DNA from: a virus
Lineage: Duplodnaviria > Caudoviricetes
Virus record (IMG/VR): IMGVR_UViG_3300011977_000007
Location: 32,001-96,000 of that record
Length of the DNA stretch: 64,000 bases
Reading direction: 5' to 3' (one strand)
The position numbers and the translations under genes are program-made. The notes under the pieces are model-generated. The model was not told the origin of the DNA and ran no database searches. It saw only the letters and a list, made by a program, of their open reading frames with translations. Shown here in pieces: positions 61,047 through 64,000 of the stretch; position 1 is the stretch's first letter, and each line of letters starts with the position of its first letter.

Positions 61047-64000
61047 TTATCTCATTGCTTGTAATCTTTTAATTTTAGCAATTTCATCTTCTGTATATTC
61101 ACATAATGATTTCATAGAATTAGCATTAATAATTGTATCTCTAGAATGCATCATATCCATATTACAACGTCCATCATTTTTTGAAATAAACATTTGTCTT
61201 GGAGATATGATATTCTCTGCTGCTTCTATAAATGCTCTTGAATATAACAGAAGGATATTTAATGTGTCCAGTATCTTCACACTAGTCGTTAATTAGTGCA
61301 GTTCTCTTACGAACTTCTATGGTTTTTCTCCATATGTTGAGACTATATCATCATCTCTATGAGATGCTTCTCCACTTCGATTTAAAGGGTTCTCACCTAC
61401 CTACTTAGGCCCTACTCCTGTTGACGAATTTCACGTCCCTTCCGGGGATAGTCGTTGAACTATATTAAAAATATAGCTGCTGATTATACATTGTTAATAC
61501 TACTTAGCACTCTATACAGTATAGAGTTTTTTCTCAGCTTATAGCATCTTAGAACTTGTTTCTGTCTTTCGACTCCTAATTATAGGCATCTAAGCTTTAG
61601 CATTTCCCAGCAATTCAAAGAAGATACTTAATATATTACTATATTAAGCGGCAATACATAATTTACCATCGACCGTAAAACGTAAGCTAAGAGCATACGT
61701 TTTAAATAGACTATATCTTCATCCATTATATGGATGCTTTGCTTTTTGATTTAAATGGCCTTATTGCTGCTTTGCCATACCTATATAATGGGCTCTACTC
61801 TAATAACTTGATAGTCGTTGAACTTTCTATAATAATAACTATTATAGTTTAGCTGCTGATTGTACATTATTAATGAACTTTAGCATTTACATAATTCGAC
61901 ACAGCATTACATAAACTTTTTCTCAGCATAGTTCATCTTTAGAATTTTTTCTATCTTTCGATAACATTCACGCTTATTATTACTAATTACGTTGTAGTTT
62001 CTAAAGCATTAATACCTCCCAGCAATTTACAAAGATTTAACCTATATATTACTATATAAGTGACCCCGATGATTTGTTGAGTCTGCAGCAAGTAATTTTA
62101 ATATTAACAGTGAAATACTCATGGTGTAATCCATATTAATTCCTACAACACGACAAAATAATATTCCTCCGTAGCTAATTGTAGGGTTTCTGTTACAATA
62201 TCTTCACACTAGTCGTTAATTAGCGCAGTTCTCTTATGAACTTCCTAGGTATTTCTCCTAGAGTTGAGACTATATCATTACCCATATATATATATGGGTA
62301 TGCTTCCACTTCGATTTAAGAGATTCTCACTCACCTACTTAGGTCCTACTCCAATTGACGATTTTCACGTCCCGTATAGGGGATAGTCGTTGAACGTTCC
62401 TAATAAAATATATTAGGCTTCGCTGCTGATTATACATTGCATAATACCTTAGGACGTATCTATTTTATAAATACGCTTTTATTTCACCATAGTACATCTC
62501 TTCTACTTGTTTCTATCTTTCGATACCTTATATATTATATAGGCTAGAGAGCTTTAGCATTTCCCAGCAATTCAAAAGCATTCGTACACCATATTACTAT
62601 GATATACGGACTAACGTTAATCAGTACAGGTAATCCGCCATCTGAATCTTTAATTAAACCATCTATAATATCATAGACAATCTGATCAAATCCAATCTGT
62701 GCTTTATACCATTTCTTATATGCATCTGCATATGAAAAATTATAAGTCCTTACAAGTATATTAATTATTACCTGTTGTAATAATTCACATAAGCCATGAT
62801 ATGGTAATTTTACCTGATCTGGCATTAAATGTACATCTTGTCTAATAACCGAACGGCTACTAAACGAGTCGGCGGGTTCACATAGGTCGTTAATCTATGC
62901 AGTTTTCTTATGAACTTCTCTAGGTGTTACCTAGAAGCCCAGACTATATCACATACCTTATCTTATAAGGCATCTTTCTTTTTCGATTTAAGGGGTTCTC
63001 ACCCACCACTTGGCCCTACTCCTGTTGGCATTTTATTAAGGGCTGCCCAATGGGATAGTCGTTGAACGTTCCTAATAAAATATATTAGGCTTCGCTGCTG
63101 ATTATACATTGCATAATACCTTAGGACGTATATCAATATATACGCTTTTATTTCACCATAGTACATCTCACTAATTATTTCTATCTTTCGATGCCCTATA
63201 TAGAAGAGGGATAGTGAGCTTTAGCATTTCCCAGCAATTTAAAAAGATTCACGCACTATATTGCTATAATACGTGGGCTGATGATAGTTAACCTACCCAT
63301 TTTGTTCACATAGGTCGTTAATCTATGCAGTTCTCTTATGAACTTCTCTAGTTTTTCTCTAGATGATCAGATTATATCATTATACTTTATTCAAGTATTC
63401 TTCCACTTTGATTTAAGGGATTCTCACCCACCACTTGGCCCTACTCCTATTGCTGAATTTCACAGCCCTTCCGGGGATAGTCGTTGAACGTTCCTAATAA
63501 GATATTAGGCTTCGCTGCTGATTATACATTATACGTTATTTAGGACGTATATAATATATACGCTTTTATTTCACCATGTAACATCTCTCTACTTGTTTCT
63601 GAATTTCTTCACCTTATTATAGGCTAGAGAGCTTTAGCATTTCCCAGCAATTCAAAAGATTATTCGACACTGTGTTACCACAATGAAGCGGCTTAGATAC
63701 AAACCGATCGAAGATCTTAAATCTCCTTTTTTACCTTCAAGAATTTCTTTAAGCTCAGTATATAAAGCATTAAATTCAACCTGAATATCGTATAATACTT
63801 CATATTTATTTTTCTTTTGTCTATCTGGTACTAATTTATCATTATTAGCCTGATATACTAAATGAGCTAAAAGATTATAATTCTCATTAGTTTTTTCATA
63901 TTTAAGACTACCAGCATTATCCAATTTGGTAGGTCTTAATAATGTAGTAAATACAGGAATGGATTGAGTAAATACAATATCTTTATGACGCATTATATCA
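61047..64000 (-). CDS. Phage multisubunit RNA polymerase beta' N-terminal (catalytic) subunit, 5'-truncated; exons 64000..63703, 63297..63291, 62869..62620, 62195..62080, 61672..61665, 61268..61047
   Basis: Spliced protein reads GKKGDLRSSIGGRYSFSSRSVI, VLINRNPTI and LAADFDGDTLN; all exon phases are consistent. Confidence 0.92.
61269..61664 (-). mobile_element. Group I intron E, ORF-less, 396 nt
   Basis: P1 UGGU/GCCG, terminal G; splice GGT|GAC (Gly|Asp of DFDGD). Confidence 0.9.
61673..62079 (-). mobile_element. Group I intron D, ORF-less, 407 nt
   Basis: P1 GACU/GGUC, P10 CAUCG/CGAUG, terminal G; splice T|TC (Phe of DFDGD). Confidence 0.9.
62196..62619 (-). mobile_element. Group I intron C, ORF-less, 424 nt
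   Basis: P1 UACUGAU/GUCCGUA (one mismatch), terminal G; splice AT|T restores INRNP. Confidence 0.9.
62870..63290 (-). mobile_element. Group I intron B, ORF-less, 421 nt
   Basis: P1 GUAGGU/GCCCAC (one mismatch), terminal G; splice gives T|AC (Tyr). Confidence 0.85.
63298..63702 (-). mobile_element. Group I intron A, ORF-less, 405 nt
   Basis: P1 CGGU/GCCG, terminal G, conserved core. Confidence 0.9.

Noticed and set aside
61269-63702. Repeated blocks as a CRISPR array or non-coding repeat region
   Set aside because: Repeats are ~400-nt units with group I core motifs whose removal restores RNAP motifs; there is no repeat-spacer periodicity.
1-64000. tRNA or rRNA genes
   Set aside because: No cloverleaf or rRNA-like segment recognised by eye; a tRNAscan-SE run would be decisive.

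Overview
A 64-kb, strongly AT-rich segment of a jumbo phage of the AR9/PBS1 (phiKZ-related) type with its own multisubunit RNA polymerases. The host is probably an anaerobic Firmicute, inferred from strong GGAGG RBSs, class III RNR and a CHAP endolysin. Positions 1-26.7 kb are a late-expressed tail fibre/receptor-binding module built from shared protein modules. It includes one gene ending in a DGR-type variable region and four receptor-binding paralogues whose real 5' ends are cut off by G11/G11/G11/G14 tracts, each one G out of frame. Positions 27-37.5 kb hold the endolysin, an RNAP beta' C-terminal subunit and nrdD/nrdG. Positions 41.9-52 kb are large virion proteins and 52-61 kb are small, mostly minus-strand genes, many downstream of early-type promoter motifs. 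Positions 61-64 kb hold the beta' N-terminal subunit, whose ADFDGD catalytic motif is split over three exons. Nine group I introns can be reconstructed from splice-site chemistry, P1/P10 pairing and restored protein motifs, creating 7-nt and 8-nt micro-exons. One intron carries a TnpB with an intact RuvC triad, no TnpA, its own late promoter and long-range pairing to the putative omega-RNA (an IStron-like RNA-guided homing candidate). Another carries a probably degenerate HNH-AP2 endonuclease. Two phage promoter motifs recur: late AACA-N6-TA and an early TATATTATA 18-mer. All protein calls are motif recognition by eye; no searches were run.
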